Shown here in pieces: positions 48,618-59,219 of a stretch of 64,000 nt of DNA. The stretch lies in IMG/VR virus record IMGVR_UViG_2671180676_000004, positions 1 to 64,000 of that record. One strand, written 5' to 3'. The position numbers were made by a program, and so were the translations under genes. The notes under the pieces were generated by a model. That model ran no database searches, was not told where the DNA came from, and worked only from the letters and a program-made list of their open reading frames with translations. Positions within the stretch are counted from its first letter, which is position 1. Each line of letters starts with the position of its first letter. This DNA is from a virus (lineage: Duplodnaviria > Heunggongvirae > Uroviricota > Caudoviricetes).

Positions 48618-51600
48618 TTGAACATGGAACAGTTCAAGAAGAAAAAGCTACCGCTGTTTATTGCCGGTGCGGGTGGTAAAAAAAGCAGCAAAAGCTCCAG
48701 CCGTACACCGGTTGAAGCCGACGATACCGTAAATTCTCGTGCAATGGCCGCTATCCTCGATCTTCTTGGGGAAGGGGTAATTGGCGGCTTAGTAAATGGC
48801 GCAAGATCTATTTTTATCGACGATCTGCCGATTGTAAATGAAGACGGTTCCTCCAACTTCAGCGGAATCACATGGGATTTTCGCGACGGTTCACAAGACC
48901 AGACTCCAATGTCTGGCTTTGATTTCGTTGAAACGCCTAAATCCGTCAATATCCAGTTAAAAAAAACACATTATGTAACGGTTTCAATCGATAACGATGA
49001 AGCTGATCGGGTTCGTGTCATCATGAAGTTTCCTTCTTTGCGAAGCATAGATAAAAAAACTGGTGACACGAACGGTACGACTGTTGAGTACAAGTTCCAG
49101 ATAGCAAATGGCGACTCAACATTTGTAGATGTGGTCGCGGAAGGTGAAAAAAGCGTTGGCATTAAGCTAACAGCAAAGAAGACCGGCGTTTATTACCGTA
49201 GCTACGAGCTGAAGCTGCCTAAGCCTGGACGCGCATACAAGGTTCGTGTAGTCCGTATTACCGATGATAACAGTAGCCAGTATCTCTATAACGATACATG
49301 GGTGGATTCAATCGGGGAAATTGTCGATACACCGATGAACTATCCAAACTCTGTTTTGGTTGGATTGAAGGTAAACTCTGAGCAATTCGGCAGCACCATG
49401 CCATCTCGCTCTTATCTGGTGCGTGGCCTAAAAATTCGAGTACCTTCAAACTATAACGAGTCCAGTAACACTTACGCTGGGGTATGGGATGGTACTTTTA
49501 AGCTGTTGTCTTCTTCGAACCCCGCGTGGATTCTCTTTGATTTGCTGACCAATGCTCGATATGGCCTTGGTCAGTATGTGTCGGAATCTATGATTGACCT
49601 TGGCCAGTTGTACCAGATTGGTCGATATTGTGACGAAGAGGTCGATGATGGCTTTGGTGGCAAAGAGAAACGCTTTGCAATCAATACGCAGATCACCAGT
49701 CGACAGGACGCATACCGGCTAATTCAGGATATTGCTGGAGCATTCCGCGGCATGGTGTTTTGGGCTGGTGGGATGGTTAACATCATGCAGGATAGCCCAT
49801 CAGATCCGGTAATGATGTTTACCAACTCCAACGTCAAAGATGGATTGTTTACCTATAAAGGTTCTGCGCGTAAAGATCGCCCATCCGTTGCGCTCGTAAC
49901 CTACAACAACAAGGAGGACGGTTATAAGCAAAACATCGAGTACGTCGAAGATCAGGACGCAATGCGCCGTTATGGTGAGCGTAAAACAGAAGTCGTAGCA
50001 TTTGGCTGTACAAGCCGAGGGCAGGCTCACCGAGTTGGTTTGTGGCTTTTATATACCGCCAGAATGGAGTCGGATGTAATTACATTTACTGCCGGCTTAG
50101 ACGCGTCATTTCTGATGCCTGGTGAAACCGTTCTGATTCAGAACAAATATCGCGCAGGCAAACGTAACTCAGGTCGAATTGTGGCGTTTACCAAAAACAG
50201 CGTCACACTCGATGCGCCTGTGTCGTTAGCCAAAGGCGGCTGCTTTATTCGAATACTGAATAAGGAAGGCAAAATCGTTGAACGCGATGTTCTTGAAACT
50301 GGCGAAAATATAACAAAAGTTACGTTTTCAAAAGCCCTGTCTTCGGCTGAAACGCCTGTTTTGAACGGCGTCTGGACTATTACAGAACCAGACCTCGAAC
50401 CTATGCGCGTTCGCATCGTTAACATCGCGCAGGGGGAAACGCCGGGTAGCTTTGACATCACCGCTGTTGAGAACAATCCGTCTAAATATGAGGCGATCGA
50501 CAATGGTGCAACGCTTATCCCTCAAAATACGACGGTATTGGACCCGACTTACTCCAAGCCGTCTAATTTGCAAATCACCGAAGGGACTTATCTCTCAAGC
50601 CCTGGCAACCTGTCAGTAAAACTGACTGCAACATGGGAAGGGAAATCTCCAGAGTATTGGATCAGTTGGCGACGTTCTGATGAAAACAATGTATCGAACT
50701 GGCAATCGGCGCGTGTAACCGAAGAGCAATACGAAATCGTTAATGTTGCGGAGAATGGACGCTACGACTTCCAGCTGTATGCGGTTTCATTCAACGGTAA
50801 AAAAACAGAGATTATCAGTACCGTTTATCAGGTGCTGGGCACAATGACACCGCCAGATGCCCCAACGTCATTAACGGCCGTTGGAGACTATCGTAATGTG
50901 ATACTGAATTGGGTTAATCCAGATTCGGTAGACCTTGATCACATTAATGTTTACGCATCCCAGACCAACAATCTGGATACGGCGAAACTGATCGCAGAGT
51001 CTGCAAGCACCACCTTTACACATGCTGGTCTTGGGGATAGCGAAACGTGGTATTACTGGGTTCGAGCATCGAACAAGCGAGGTATGTTAAGTCCTCCGAA
51101 CTCAAACTTGGGTACAGAGGCGACAACTCGCGATGTACTGTCGTTCCTGACTGGCAAAATTACATCTTCCGAGCTTGGTCAGGCTCTGCTTGAGGACATC
51201 AACAGCAAAGTCTCTCAAGAAGCAGTTGACGAGTTAAATGAGCATATCAACCAGAGCGTCGAATCTTTGGAGGGGTCGGTAAACGACGTTAAGGAAGATA
51301 TAGCTGAATTAGATAAGCAGTTCAGCGATAACCTCGCGGATTTTGAAATAAAATTCAACGAGCGTAGCGATGCTTTGGAGAACGCACAAACCGAGCTTAA
51401 AGGTGAGGTTTCGGCAACGATCGACAAGGTCAATGAAGCGTTTGAAAAAATTGATGCTACTGATGCTGCAATTGTTGAAATCGAAAACACCGTATCTGAA
51501 CACGATAAAGCTCTCGCTAATACAGTCGAGGCAATAAAGGCTGCAAGAGATGAAGCGGCGGCTCTTATTGCTAAGGAAAGCGAGGCTCGTGTTGAAGGCG

Positions 51601-53351
51601 ATGCTGCAAACGCTAAACAATTGGAAGTGTTGCAGTCAACGGTAGAGGAAAGCTCCGCTGCCGTTGAAGAAATGAAAAAGACGGTTGCAGAGGTCGATCG
51701 TGCAAGTGCAGAACTGACTACGAACATTGAGGCTTTGGCCAAAACAAATATTGACCTGGCTCTTCGTCAAGATGAAGACCAGCACAAGCAGATGGTCAAT
51801 AACGCGAAGATCGCAACAACACAGAAAACCTTTGCTGATGATATGTCTGCAATGGCCACGAAGGTTGAGGAAATTCGCGTAGAAATTGGCGAAGACATTA
51901 AGGCCAGTATTCTGGAAGAGTCCACCGCTCGTGCCGATGGCGATGAAGCGTTGGCAAAGCGTGTCACTCAGCTGCAATCTAAGTTTGAAGGAGATATCAG
52001 CGCGGCGATTAGTACAGAGCAGGAGGCTCGTACATCTGCCGATGAAGCTCTGACGACACAGATCACTCAGCTTGAGTCGAAAGTAAGCAACGATATCGTC
52101 GCAGCTATTAAGGAAGAGCAAGAAGCCCGAGCAACGGAAGATTCGGCTCTGGCAAGCCAGATCACCCAACTTCAGGCAAAGGTTGATGATGATATTTCTG
52201 CTGCAATACGTAGTGAGCAGGAGGCCCGAGCAAGCGGGGACTCTGCGTTAGCCAAACAAATAAACCAGCTTCAGTCAAAGGTTGACGGTGATATATCCGC
52301 GGCCATCACTCAGGAGCAGGAGGCCAGAGCAAGTGCTGACCAGGCGCTCTCACGAGAAATTAACAGCCTGCGAGCACAAACCGGAACTGATATTGCCGCA
52401 GCGGTTGCTGTAGAGACAAAAGCAAGGACTGATGCCGATAGTGCATTGTCTACCCAGATTACGTCTCTTACAGCAAAAGCTAATGATCTCGAGGCGTCTC
52501 TTGCCAGAGAAACAACGGCTCGTGCAGATGGTGATACCGCTTTAACAAAAGAGGTTTCAAGTTTAAAAGCACAGACAGCGAAAGATATTAGTGCGGCCGT
52601 TGCAGTTGAAACGCAGGCTCGAACTGATGCTGACTCGGCGTTGTCGTCTCAGATCACCAAGCTGACCTCTCAATACAAAGAGGATATTAAAGCGGCTGTA
52701 GCAACCGAAACGAAAACGCGTACAGAGCAAGATGCTGCATTGGCGACTCAAATCACAAACTTAGAGTCTCAAACGGCAGCCAACATTTCCGCGGCGGTCA
52801 CAACTGAAACGACAGCGAGAACGCAGGCAGATAATGCTCTGAGTGGGCGAATCGATACTCTGAAAGCAGAGGTGAATGGAAATACCGCGACAATTCAACA
52901 GCAGGCAACAGCTATTGCTGATACCAACAAAAAAGTGTCAACCGCGTGGACGTTGAAAATGGAGACTTCAACGAGCGGAGGGCAGAAGTATATTGCCGGT
53001 ATTGCGCTTGGTATTGACACCACTGGGCTATCTCAGTTTTTGGTTCAGGCGGACAGGTTTGGTTTGGTCAACTCTGTTAACGGGAAGATCACAACGCCAT
53101 TTGTTATCGAAAACAGTATCGCCTATATGAATGGAGCGTATATCAAGGATGGCACAATCACCAATGCAAAAGTAGGCGATCTGCAATCTACCAATTTTGT
53201 TAGCGGTAGATCTGGATGGCGGTTCGGCAAAAATGGAACGCTTGAGATCAACGGTAATAGCGGCGGCAATGGGCGATTGGTTATAAATGGTCAGCGGATT
53301 GACGTTTATGACGATAACAACGTCCTACGAGTAAGAATTGGCCGTCTGTGA
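48618..53351 (+). CDS. Host-specificity / central tail fibre protein J-like
   Basis: 1577 aa; N-terminus J-like; central run of about ten 29-aa heptad-type repeats. Confidence 0.85.
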   Translation: MNMEQFKKKKLPLFIAGAGGKKSSKSSSRTPVEADDTVNSRAMAAILDLLGEGVIGGLVNGARSIFIDDLPIVNEDGSSNFSGITWDFRDGSQDQTPMSGFDFVETPKSVNIQLKKTHYVTVSIDNDEADRVRVIMKFPSLRSIDKKTGDTNGTTVEYKFQIANGDSTFVDVVAEGEKSVGIKLTAKKTGVYYRSYELKLPKPGRAYKVRVVRITDDNSSQYLYNDTWVDSIGEIVDTPMNYPNSVLVGLKVNSEQFGSTMPSRSYLVRGLKIRVPSNYNESSNTYAGVWDGTFKLLSSSNPAWILFDLLTNARYGLGQYVSESMIDLGQLYQIGRYCDEEVDDGFGGKEKRFAINTQITSRQDAYRLIQDIAGAFRGMVFWAGGMVNIMQDSPSDPVMMFTNSNVKDGLFTYKGSARKDRPSVALVTYNNKEDGYKQNIEYVEDQDAMRRYGERKTEVVAFGCTSRGQAHRVGLWLLYTARMESDVITFTAGLDASFLMPGETVLIQNKYRAGKRNSGRIVAFTKNSVTLDAPVSLAKGGCFIRILNKEGKIVERDVLETGENITKVTFSKALSSAETPVLNGVWTITEPDLEPMRVRIVNIAQGETPGSFDITAVENNPSKYEAIDNGATLIPQNTTVLDPTYSKPSNLQITEGTYLSSPGNLSVKLTATWEGKSPEYWISWRRSDENNVSNWQSARVTEEQYEIVNVAENGRYDFQLYAVSFNGKKTEIISTVYQVLGTMTPPDAPTSLTAVGDYRNVILNWVNPDSVDLDHINVYASQTNNLDTAKLIAESASTTFTHAGLGDSETWYYWVRASNKRGMLSPPNSNLGTEATTRDVLSFLTGKITSSELGQALLEDINSKVSQEAVDELNEHINQSVESLEGSVNDVKEDIAELDKQFSDNLADFEIKFNERSDALENAQTELKGEVSATIDKVNEAFEKIDATDAAIVEIENTVSEHDKALANTVEAIKAARDEAAALIAKESEARVEGDAANAKQLEVLQSTVEESSAAVEEMKKTVAEVDRASAELTTNIEALAKTNIDLALRQDEDQHKQMVNNAKIATTQKTFADDMSAMATKVEEIRVEIGEDIKASILEESTARADGDEALAKRVTQLQSKFEGDISAAISTEQEARTSADEALTTQITQLESKVSNDIVAAIKEEQEARATEDSALASQITQLQAKVDDDISAAIRSEQEARASGDSALAKQINQLQSKVDGDISAAITQEQEARASADQALSREINSLRAQTGTDIAAAVAVETKARTDADSALSTQITSLTAKANDLEASLARETTARADGDTALTKEVSSLKAQTAKDISAAVAVETQARTDADSALSSQITKLTSQYKEDIKAAVATETKTRTEQDAALATQITNLESQTAANISAAVTTETTARTQADNALSGRIDTLKAEVNGNTATIQQQATAIADTNKKVSTAWTLKMETSTSGGQKYIAGIALGIDTTGLSQFLVQADRFGLVNSVNGKITTPFVIENSIAYMNGAYIKDGTITNAKVGDLQSTNFVSGRSGWRFGKNGTLEINGNSGGNGRLVINGQRIDVYDDNNVLRVRIGRL

Positions 53352-53391
53352 TGGTGGAAAAAAAATTTTATATCGGTAAAAATAGGTAAGT

Positions 53392-53410
53392 ATTTACTTA
53401 ATGGCGGACA
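53392..53410. repeat. Motif B copy (ataggtaagtatttactta)
   Basis: J/tail fibre junction. Confidence 0.5.
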
Positions 53411-53444
53411 AGGATAACCCGCCAAATCAAGGAGCATATTCAAC

Positions 53445-56400
53445 ATGTGGTACAGGGAAGGTACTATCACATTTACACAGGGTAGCAATACTCTGGTTGG
53501 GGCAGGGACAGCCTGGAACGTAACAGCTAATGGTGTGTTGCCGGGGATGATCGTCATTGGCCCCGACAATAAGCTGTATGAGATCAAGCGCGTAATAAGC
53601 GATACGAATATTGTTCTCTCAGAACCTTATACCGGCGAAACTCAGTCTGAGGTTCCGTGCCGAATCATTACGACCTATGAAGGCGACTTAACACAGTTTA
53701 GCGCGCGCTTTACAGCACTAATGTCGCGTATGTCGGCTGATTCCAAGTCTATGCGCAGTTGGTTGACTGCTCTGGATGAGGTGACAATCGAGCGTGAAGA
53801 CGGTACAGAAGTAACCGTTAAGCCGCTAATGCAGATCGTCAACGAGCACAACGAAAACGTTGAGTGGTATAAAAATAACACTGACGCGATTGATGCTGCT
53901 GGCGACAAAGCTCGTGAGGCGGCGGCCAGTGCTGCCGCAGCAGCAGAAAGCGCCAATACCGCTGGAGAAAAAGCCTCTCAAGCGTCTCAAAGTGCATCCG
54001 CTGCGGCATCCTCACAAAGTGCCGCAAGTGCGAGTGCAACTGCTGCGAAAAAATCTGAAACGAATGCCGCAGCGTCACAACAATCAGCAGCCACTTCTGC
54101 ATCCACCGCGACCACGAAAGCGTCAGAAGCTGCCACCTCAGCCCGGGATGCGGCGGCCTCAAAAGAGGCAGCGAAATCATCAGAAACGAGCGCAGCCTCG
54201 AGCGCCAGTAATGCCGCTTCCTCGGCAACGGCGGCAGGAAATTCCGCGAAGGCGGCAAAAACGTCCGAGACGAACGCCAGGTCTTCTGAAACGGCAGCGG
54301 GACAGAGCGCCTCGGCTGCGGCAGGCTCAAAAACAGCGGCTGCGTCGTCTGCCAGTGCCGCGTCAACAAGTGCCGGGCAGGCCTCAGCCAGTGCCACCGC
54401 CGCCGGAAAATCGGCAGAAAGTGCCGCATCGTCTGCTTCAACAGCCACAACGAAGGCTGGCGAAGCCACTGAACAGGCCAGCGCAGCAGCGAGGTCTGCT
54501 TCCGCAGCGAAGACATCCGAAACGAACGCGAAAGCGTCGGAAACCCGTGCAGAATCCTCAAAAACGGCAGCCGCATCGTCCGCCAGTTCGGCAGCGTCAT
54601 CGGCATCATCGGCGTCTGCTTCAAAAGATGAGGCGACCAGACAAGCGTCCGCAGCGAAGGGCAGCGCCACGACAGCATCCACGAAAGCAACAGAGGCGGC
54701 AGGCAGTGCGACGGCAGCATCTCAGAGCAAAACTGCTGCTGAATCCGCTGCGACCCGTGCGGAAGCTGCTGCTGATCGTGCTGAAGAGATTGCCGGTGCA
54801 GTTGCGATGGAAGATGCAAGCCTTACCACCAAAGGTGTTGTGAAACTTAGCAGTGCTGTCGACAGCACCAGTGAATCTTTAGCCGCGACACCAAAAGCAG
54901 TTAAGACCGCATATGATAATGCTGAAAAACGACTACAGAAGGATCAGAATGGTGCTGATATCCCCGACAAGGGCCGCTTCCTGAATAACATTAATGTTTA
55001 CAGCAAAGGTGAAGTGGATCAGAAAAAGGGGATGCGATACGTTGTGGTCAATGCCCCGGCGGGTGTCCAGGAAGGTAAATATTATCCGTTAGTGATAAAA
55101 AGGAATGACAGCCATCGGGCATCCCGCGTTGTCATTTCAACGCCAAGTCGCACAGCTAATCACAGAATGAATAACTGTGAGTTTAATGGTTTTGTTTGCG
55201 CAGGCGGCTGGACGGACCGGGGTAGCTATGCCTGTGGTATGTTCTGGGCTTATTCATCATCGGAACGCGCTATTCATTCCATTCTGATGAGTAATAAAGG
55301 CGATACCGTAGACAGCGTATTCTATATAGAAGGTGGGGCATTTCCCGTAGAGGTCTTTTTAGAAGAAGGACTTTCTGTTACTGCTCCTGCTTCTGATTAT
55401 GTTGTTGCTGAAACGACTTATAAATTTGGCGCAACTGATCCTTATTCTGAATCAGTTGCGGTAAATTTAATTTTAGATTTTAAACAAGGTAATGGATTTT
55501 ATAGTTCGTATCCTGTTTTGAGTAAGTCAGACATTAGCGGTAATAAGGTTTACGCTAATGATGAAGTTATTGTCCGTAGTCAGAATGCGTTAAGGATGAT
55601 TGCTGGCGATTACGGTGTCATATGGCGAAATGATGGAGCAAATACTTACTTGCTCATGACTGATAAAGGCGACCAGTACGGTGGCTGGAACGGTCTTCGA
55701 CCATTTGCAGTAAATAACGCAACAGGTGAAGTGACGATCAATACACCACTTAATTCTCCAAAAGGGGTTAAGGGGAACTCTGATACAGCTACGAAACTTC
55801 AGACTGCAAGAAAAATATCCGGTGTTCCATTTGATGGCTCTACTGATATCACTTTAACCGCCGCGCATGTTGCCGCTTTCGCAAGAAGAGCAACAGGGTC
55901 ATATGCTGATGCTGATGGCGGCGTGCCGTGGAATGCTGAATCTGGTGCTTATAATGTAACTAGAACGGGCGACAGTTATATTCTTGCCAACTTTTATACT
56001 GGTGTAGGTAGTTGCCGTACGCTTCAAATTAAGGCTCACTATAAAAATGGTGGGTTGTTTTATCGTTCATCTCGCGATGGAAGTGGTTTTGAAAGTGGTT
56101 GGGAGCAGGTTTACACGACTGGATTTAGACCTCAGCCGGCTGATATAAACGCACCAACCGCTGCCGCCGGATGGTTAAATAGTGGTAACGGAACAGCATT
56201 TACGACTGCTCAGTTTATAACGTGGCTAAATAATCAGGGTGCATTTTCAAACAAATATTGGATTGCACGGTGCTCATGGACTTACGCCAACAATAATTAT
56301 ATAGACGACACTGGATGTGGCAGGATCGATCTATCTGGTTCCGTGATTGAGGTGTTTAGTAATAAGTCAACAAGCCACTACACTATTCGTGTTACAACGA

Positions 56401-57734
56401 CAACAACATCGGGCCATGGTGGTGTTAATAATGCGGAGTTTATTTATGTGTACAATGGCAGTGATTACTCGCCAGGCTGGCGTCGTTCTTATAATACTAG
56501 AAACAAACCAACAGCTTCTGATGTAGGAGCATTATCGCTTTCTGGAGGAGCGTTAACTGGCGGATTAACTGCTGCTGGCGAGATTATTTCAAAATCGGCG
56601 AATGGTCTGCGCATTGCCTACGGAAACTACGGATTCTTTATCCGAAACGATGGTTCAAGCACATACTTCATGTTGACCGATTCGGGTAACAGCCTGGGAA
56701 CCTATAATAGTTTAAGGCCGCTTATCATTAACAATGCCAATGGTGCTGTTAGGATCGGTAATGGACTCAATGTTACTGGCGGCATCAATGGTAGTTTGGA
56801 CGGTAATGCTTCAACAGCTACGAAGTTGCAAACAGCGAGAAACATCAATGGTGTTAAGTTTGATGGTTCAGGCGATATCAATATTAATACATTGGTATCT
56901 CGTGGCCGAGTTACGGCGTTAAGCGGCTCTACTCAAGGCACTGCTGGCATTCAAATGTATGAGGCGTACAACAATAGCTACCCGACCATGTATGGCAACG
57001 TATTGCACATGAAAGGTGCGAGTGCTGCTGGTGAGGGAGAGTTGCTTATTGGCTGGAGTGGTACGAGCGGTGCACATGCGCCAGTTTTCATTCGCTCACG
57101 AAGAGATAACACAGGTGCGGCATGGTCAGCGTGGGCGCAGGTATATACCGCTAAGGATTCAATCCCTGGTGTGAATACAACTGGTAATCAGAACACTACT
57201 GGTAATGCCGCAACCGCCACAAAATTGCAGACAGCAAGGAAAATTGCTGGTGTGGCATTTGATGGCTCTGCCGATATAACTTTGACTGCGGCTAACCTTA
57301 ATGCTTACACGAAAACAGAGGTAACAAACCTTCTAAGTTCCTATGTGAAGAGCAGTGCTCTTCCAAGCATGACTGTGCGAACTTCCTCTGTTTCAGGTGG
57401 GGATATGGGCATGAGCTTGTCCGCATTCATTAGCCACCTAAAATCAAATGGGGCGTTTAGCAAAAGTTATTGGATTGGCTTTGGCGATGCTATGGGATTC
57501 AATGCTGGCAGTATCAACAATATAACGGGATTTGGTGCTGTAGAATTAGCAGAATCTATAATCGAAGTTTTTAATCTACCTAACGGTGATTATACAATTC
57601 GTTTAACAACGTCACATAAAGCTGACTACGGTGGAGTTACAAACGCAATCCTCGTTTATCACTACCGTAGTAATAGAAGTCCGTCAGGTCAATGGCTGAA
57701 ATTTGCAGGTACTGTTGGGGCAACAAGTAACTGA
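53445..57734 (+). CDS. Side tail fibre protein
   Basis: 1429 aa; long Ala/Ser-rich segment; fibre motif ATPKAVKTAYD; three ATKLQTAR(K/N)I.GV.FDGS.DI repeats. Confidence 0.8.
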   Translation: MWYREGTITFTQGSNTLVGAGTAWNVTANGVLPGMIVIGPDNKLYEIKRVISDTNIVLSEPYTGETQSEVPCRIITTYEGDLTQFSARFTALMSRMSADSKSMRSWLTALDEVTIEREDGTEVTVKPLMQIVNEHNENVEWYKNNTDAIDAAGDKAREAAASAAAAAESANTAGEKASQASQSASAAASSQSAASASATAAKKSETNAAASQQSAATSASTATTKASEAATSARDAAASKEAAKSSETSAASSASNAASSATAAGNSAKAAKTSETNARSSETAAGQSASAAAGSKTAAASSASAASTSAGQASASATAAGKSAESAASSASTATTKAGEATEQASAAARSASAAKTSETNAKASETRAESSKTAAASSASSAASSASSASASKDEATRQASAAKGSATTASTKATEAAGSATAASQSKTAAESAATRAEAAADRAEEIAGAVAMEDASLTTKGVVKLSSAVDSTSESLAATPKAVKTAYDNAEKRLQKDQNGADIPDKGRFLNNINVYSKGEVDQKKGMRYVVVNAPAGVQEGKYYPLVIKRNDSHRASRVVISTPSRTANHRMNNCEFNGFVCAGGWTDRGSYACGMFWAYSSSERAIHSILMSNKGDTVDSVFYIEGGAFPVEVFLEEGLSVTAPASDYVVAETTYKFGATDPYSESVAVNLILDFKQGNGFYSSYPVLSKSDISGNKVYANDEVIVRSQNALRMIAGDYGVIWRNDGANTYLLMTDKGDQYGGWNGLRPFAVNNATGEVTINTPLNSPKGVKGNSDTATKLQTARKISGVPFDGSTDITLTAAHVAAFARRATGSYADADGGVPWNAESGAYNVTRTGDSYILANFYTGVGSCRTLQIKAHYKNGGLFYRSSRDGSGFESGWEQVYTTGFRPQPADINAPTAAAGWLNSGNGTAFTTAQFITWLNNQGAFSNKYWIARCSWTYANNNYIDDTGCGRIDLSGSVIEVFSNKSTSHYTIRVTTTTTSGHGGVNNAEFIYVYNGSDYSPGWRRSYNTRNKPTASDVGALSLSGGALTGGLTAAGEIISKSANGLRIAYGNYGFFIRNDGSSTYFMLTDSGNSLGTYNSLRPLIINNANGAVRIGNGLNVTGGINGSLDGNASTATKLQTARNINGVKFDGSGDININTLVSRGRVTALSGSTQGTAGIQMYEAYNNSYPTMYGNVLHMKGASAAGEGELLIGWSGTSGAHAPVFIRSRRDNTGAAWSAWAQVYTAKDSIPGVNTTGNQNTTGNAATATKLQTARKIAGVAFDGSADITLTAANLNAYTKTEVTNLLSSYVKSSALPSMTVRTSSVSGGDMGMSLSAFISHLKSNGAFSKSYWIGFGDAMGFNAGSINNITGFGAVELAESIIEVFNLPNGDYTIRLTTSHKADYGGVTNAILVYHYRSNRSPSGQWLKFAGTVGATSN

Positions 57735-57854
57735 TTTAGACATTATTTATATGGCTGTGAGGTTTAAAATGCGATCTCACAGCCGCAATCATAGGGATAT
57801 ATTAGTGAGTTACTAGATACGAATTTGAACAGCCGTTAAACGGTATATACATAG

Positions 57855-57874
57855 ATAGGTAAGTATATACCTAT
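57855..57874. repeat. Motif B palindrome (ataggtaagtatatacctat)
   Basis: 7-bp arms ATAGGTA/TACCTAT; tail fibre/lysis junction. Confidence 0.5.
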
Positions 57875-57936
57875 AATTGAAAGGAGAAGTGTGATATAAA
57901 TCCGCCATCCCGATTTGACTTTTCATGGAGGAAAAC

Positions 57937-58260
57937 ATGTCGAACGAGATGGCGGGCGTTACAACAGAGCAAGTTGAGCGTATAGCCGCGATCGTTGCTC
58001 GGGAGGTTGTTGGCAAATTAGGTAAAGAGCTACGTGAAGAAATTGGCCAGGAGGTCAATGATCAGCTGAAAACCTACTTTGGTGATATGACCCCGGCGCA
58101 ACATAGTATTCAACACTCCAATCTGGACAAACTCCTTAACCGGTTAGATTCCATCTCAAGTGGGTTCTTTGGCGGCATTGTTTCTAAAATAACGTCGTTC
58201 ATTATTACCGCACTGCTTTTGGGGTTAGCCGCGTATGGCGTAAAAAGTGGACTGCAATAA
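57937..58260 (+). CDS. Putative holin-like protein with one C-terminal TM helix
   Basis: ATG 57937 with SD GGAGG; TM FIITALLLGLAAYGV; first gene of the lysis cassette. Confidence 0.35.
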   Translation: MSNEMAGVTTEQVERIAAIVAREVVGKLGKELREEIGQEVNDQLKTYFGDMTPAQHSIQHSNLDKLLNRLDSISSGFFGGIVSKITSFIITALLLGLAAYGVKSGLQ

Positions 58261-58273
58261 CAGGAGATCAAGG

Positions 58274-58966
58274 ATGAAGACTCCGAGAGGCATTCGTAAT
58301 AATAACCCCGGTAATCTTGATAAAGGATCACCGTGGCAAGGTCTGGTTGCGAATCCAGACGAACCGCGCTTTTGCACGTTTAAAGACCCTGTTTGGGGGA
58401 TTCGTGCGCTGGCGGTGACTCTAATTACCTACCACGATAAACGTCGCGCAAAAGACGGCACAAGTATCGATACCATTCGTGAAGTTATTGAACGCTGGGC
58501 ACCGCCGAATGAAAACAATACTGACGCCTACATTAATGAGGTGTCTAAAGCCGTTGGTGTAACCGCAGACATGATCATCGATCTGCATGATTACGACATC
58601 CTTCGACCTTTGGTTGAGGCAATCATTCGCCACGAGAATGGCCGAGGCCCGCTAAAAACGCTGAACACCTGGTATGCGGCAGAAGTTATTGAGGAAGGTC
58701 TGCGTCGAGCTGGCGTTGTTAAGCCGGTGAAAACCGTGAAGGCTGTTCCTGTAACTAAAGAAACCGCAGGCGCAACTGTTACAGCAGGTATTGGTCTGGC
58801 GCAGCTGGCCGATGTTATGCCGCAGGTTTCCGCTGCTATGGATAAAGCACAAGGTCATATCTCTAGCGGGGATACAGTACGCATCATCTTCGGTATTGCC
58901 ACTATTGTTGTGGCAGGATTCATTGCCTGGTCGCAGGTAAGAAAACATCAGAAAGGGATGGTCTAA
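58274..58966 (+). CDS. Putative lysis protein / candidate endolysin (family unassigned)
   Basis: Sits between holin-like and spanin genes; motif GIRNNNPGNL; C-terminal hydrophobic segment IFGIATIVVAGFIAW. Confidence 0.4.
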   Translation: MKTPRGIRNNNPGNLDKGSPWQGLVANPDEPRFCTFKDPVWGIRALAVTLITYHDKRRAKDGTSIDTIREVIERWAPPNENNTDAYINEVSKAVGVTADMIIDLHDYDILRPLVEAIIRHENGRGPLKTLNTWYAAEVIEEGLRRAGVVKPVKTVKAVPVTKETAGATVTAGIGLAQLADVMPQVSAAMDKAQGHISSGDTVRIIFGIATIVVAGFIAWSQVRKHQKGMV

Positions 58967-58967
58967 T

Positions 58968-59219
58968 ATGCTAGGCAGCCTGATGACAAAGCTAAAAGTT
59001 GCTTTGATTACGCTGGCTGCCGTTCTTTTCGTTCTTGTCGGCGCTTACACGATGGGCGGGAATGCGGCGCGACGAGCAATGGAAGAGAAGGCAAAACAGG
59101 AAGACAGAAAACGACTTCAAAGCACAGTGGAAGTGGTGAATGAGACGAGCAATAAAATACGTCAGAAAGATGCTTCTGCCGTTCATCGTGAGTTGTATGA
59201 TAAGTGGGTGCGTCATTAA
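58968..59219 (+). CDS. i-spanin (Rz-like)
   Basis: N-terminal TM VALITLAAVLFVLVGAY then charged helical periplasmic part. Confidence 0.6.
   Translation: MLGSLMTKLKVALITLAAVLFVLVGAYTMGGNAARRAMEEKAKQEDRKRLQSTVEVVNETSNKIRQKDASAVHRELYDKWVRH

Noticed and set aside
53839-54843. Long ORFs on both strands inside the tail fibre gene (53839..54819 -, 53860..54843 +, 53987..54682 -)
   Set aside because: Artefacts of the low-complexity Ala/Ser-coding segment, which keeps every frame open; the real gene is 53445..57734.
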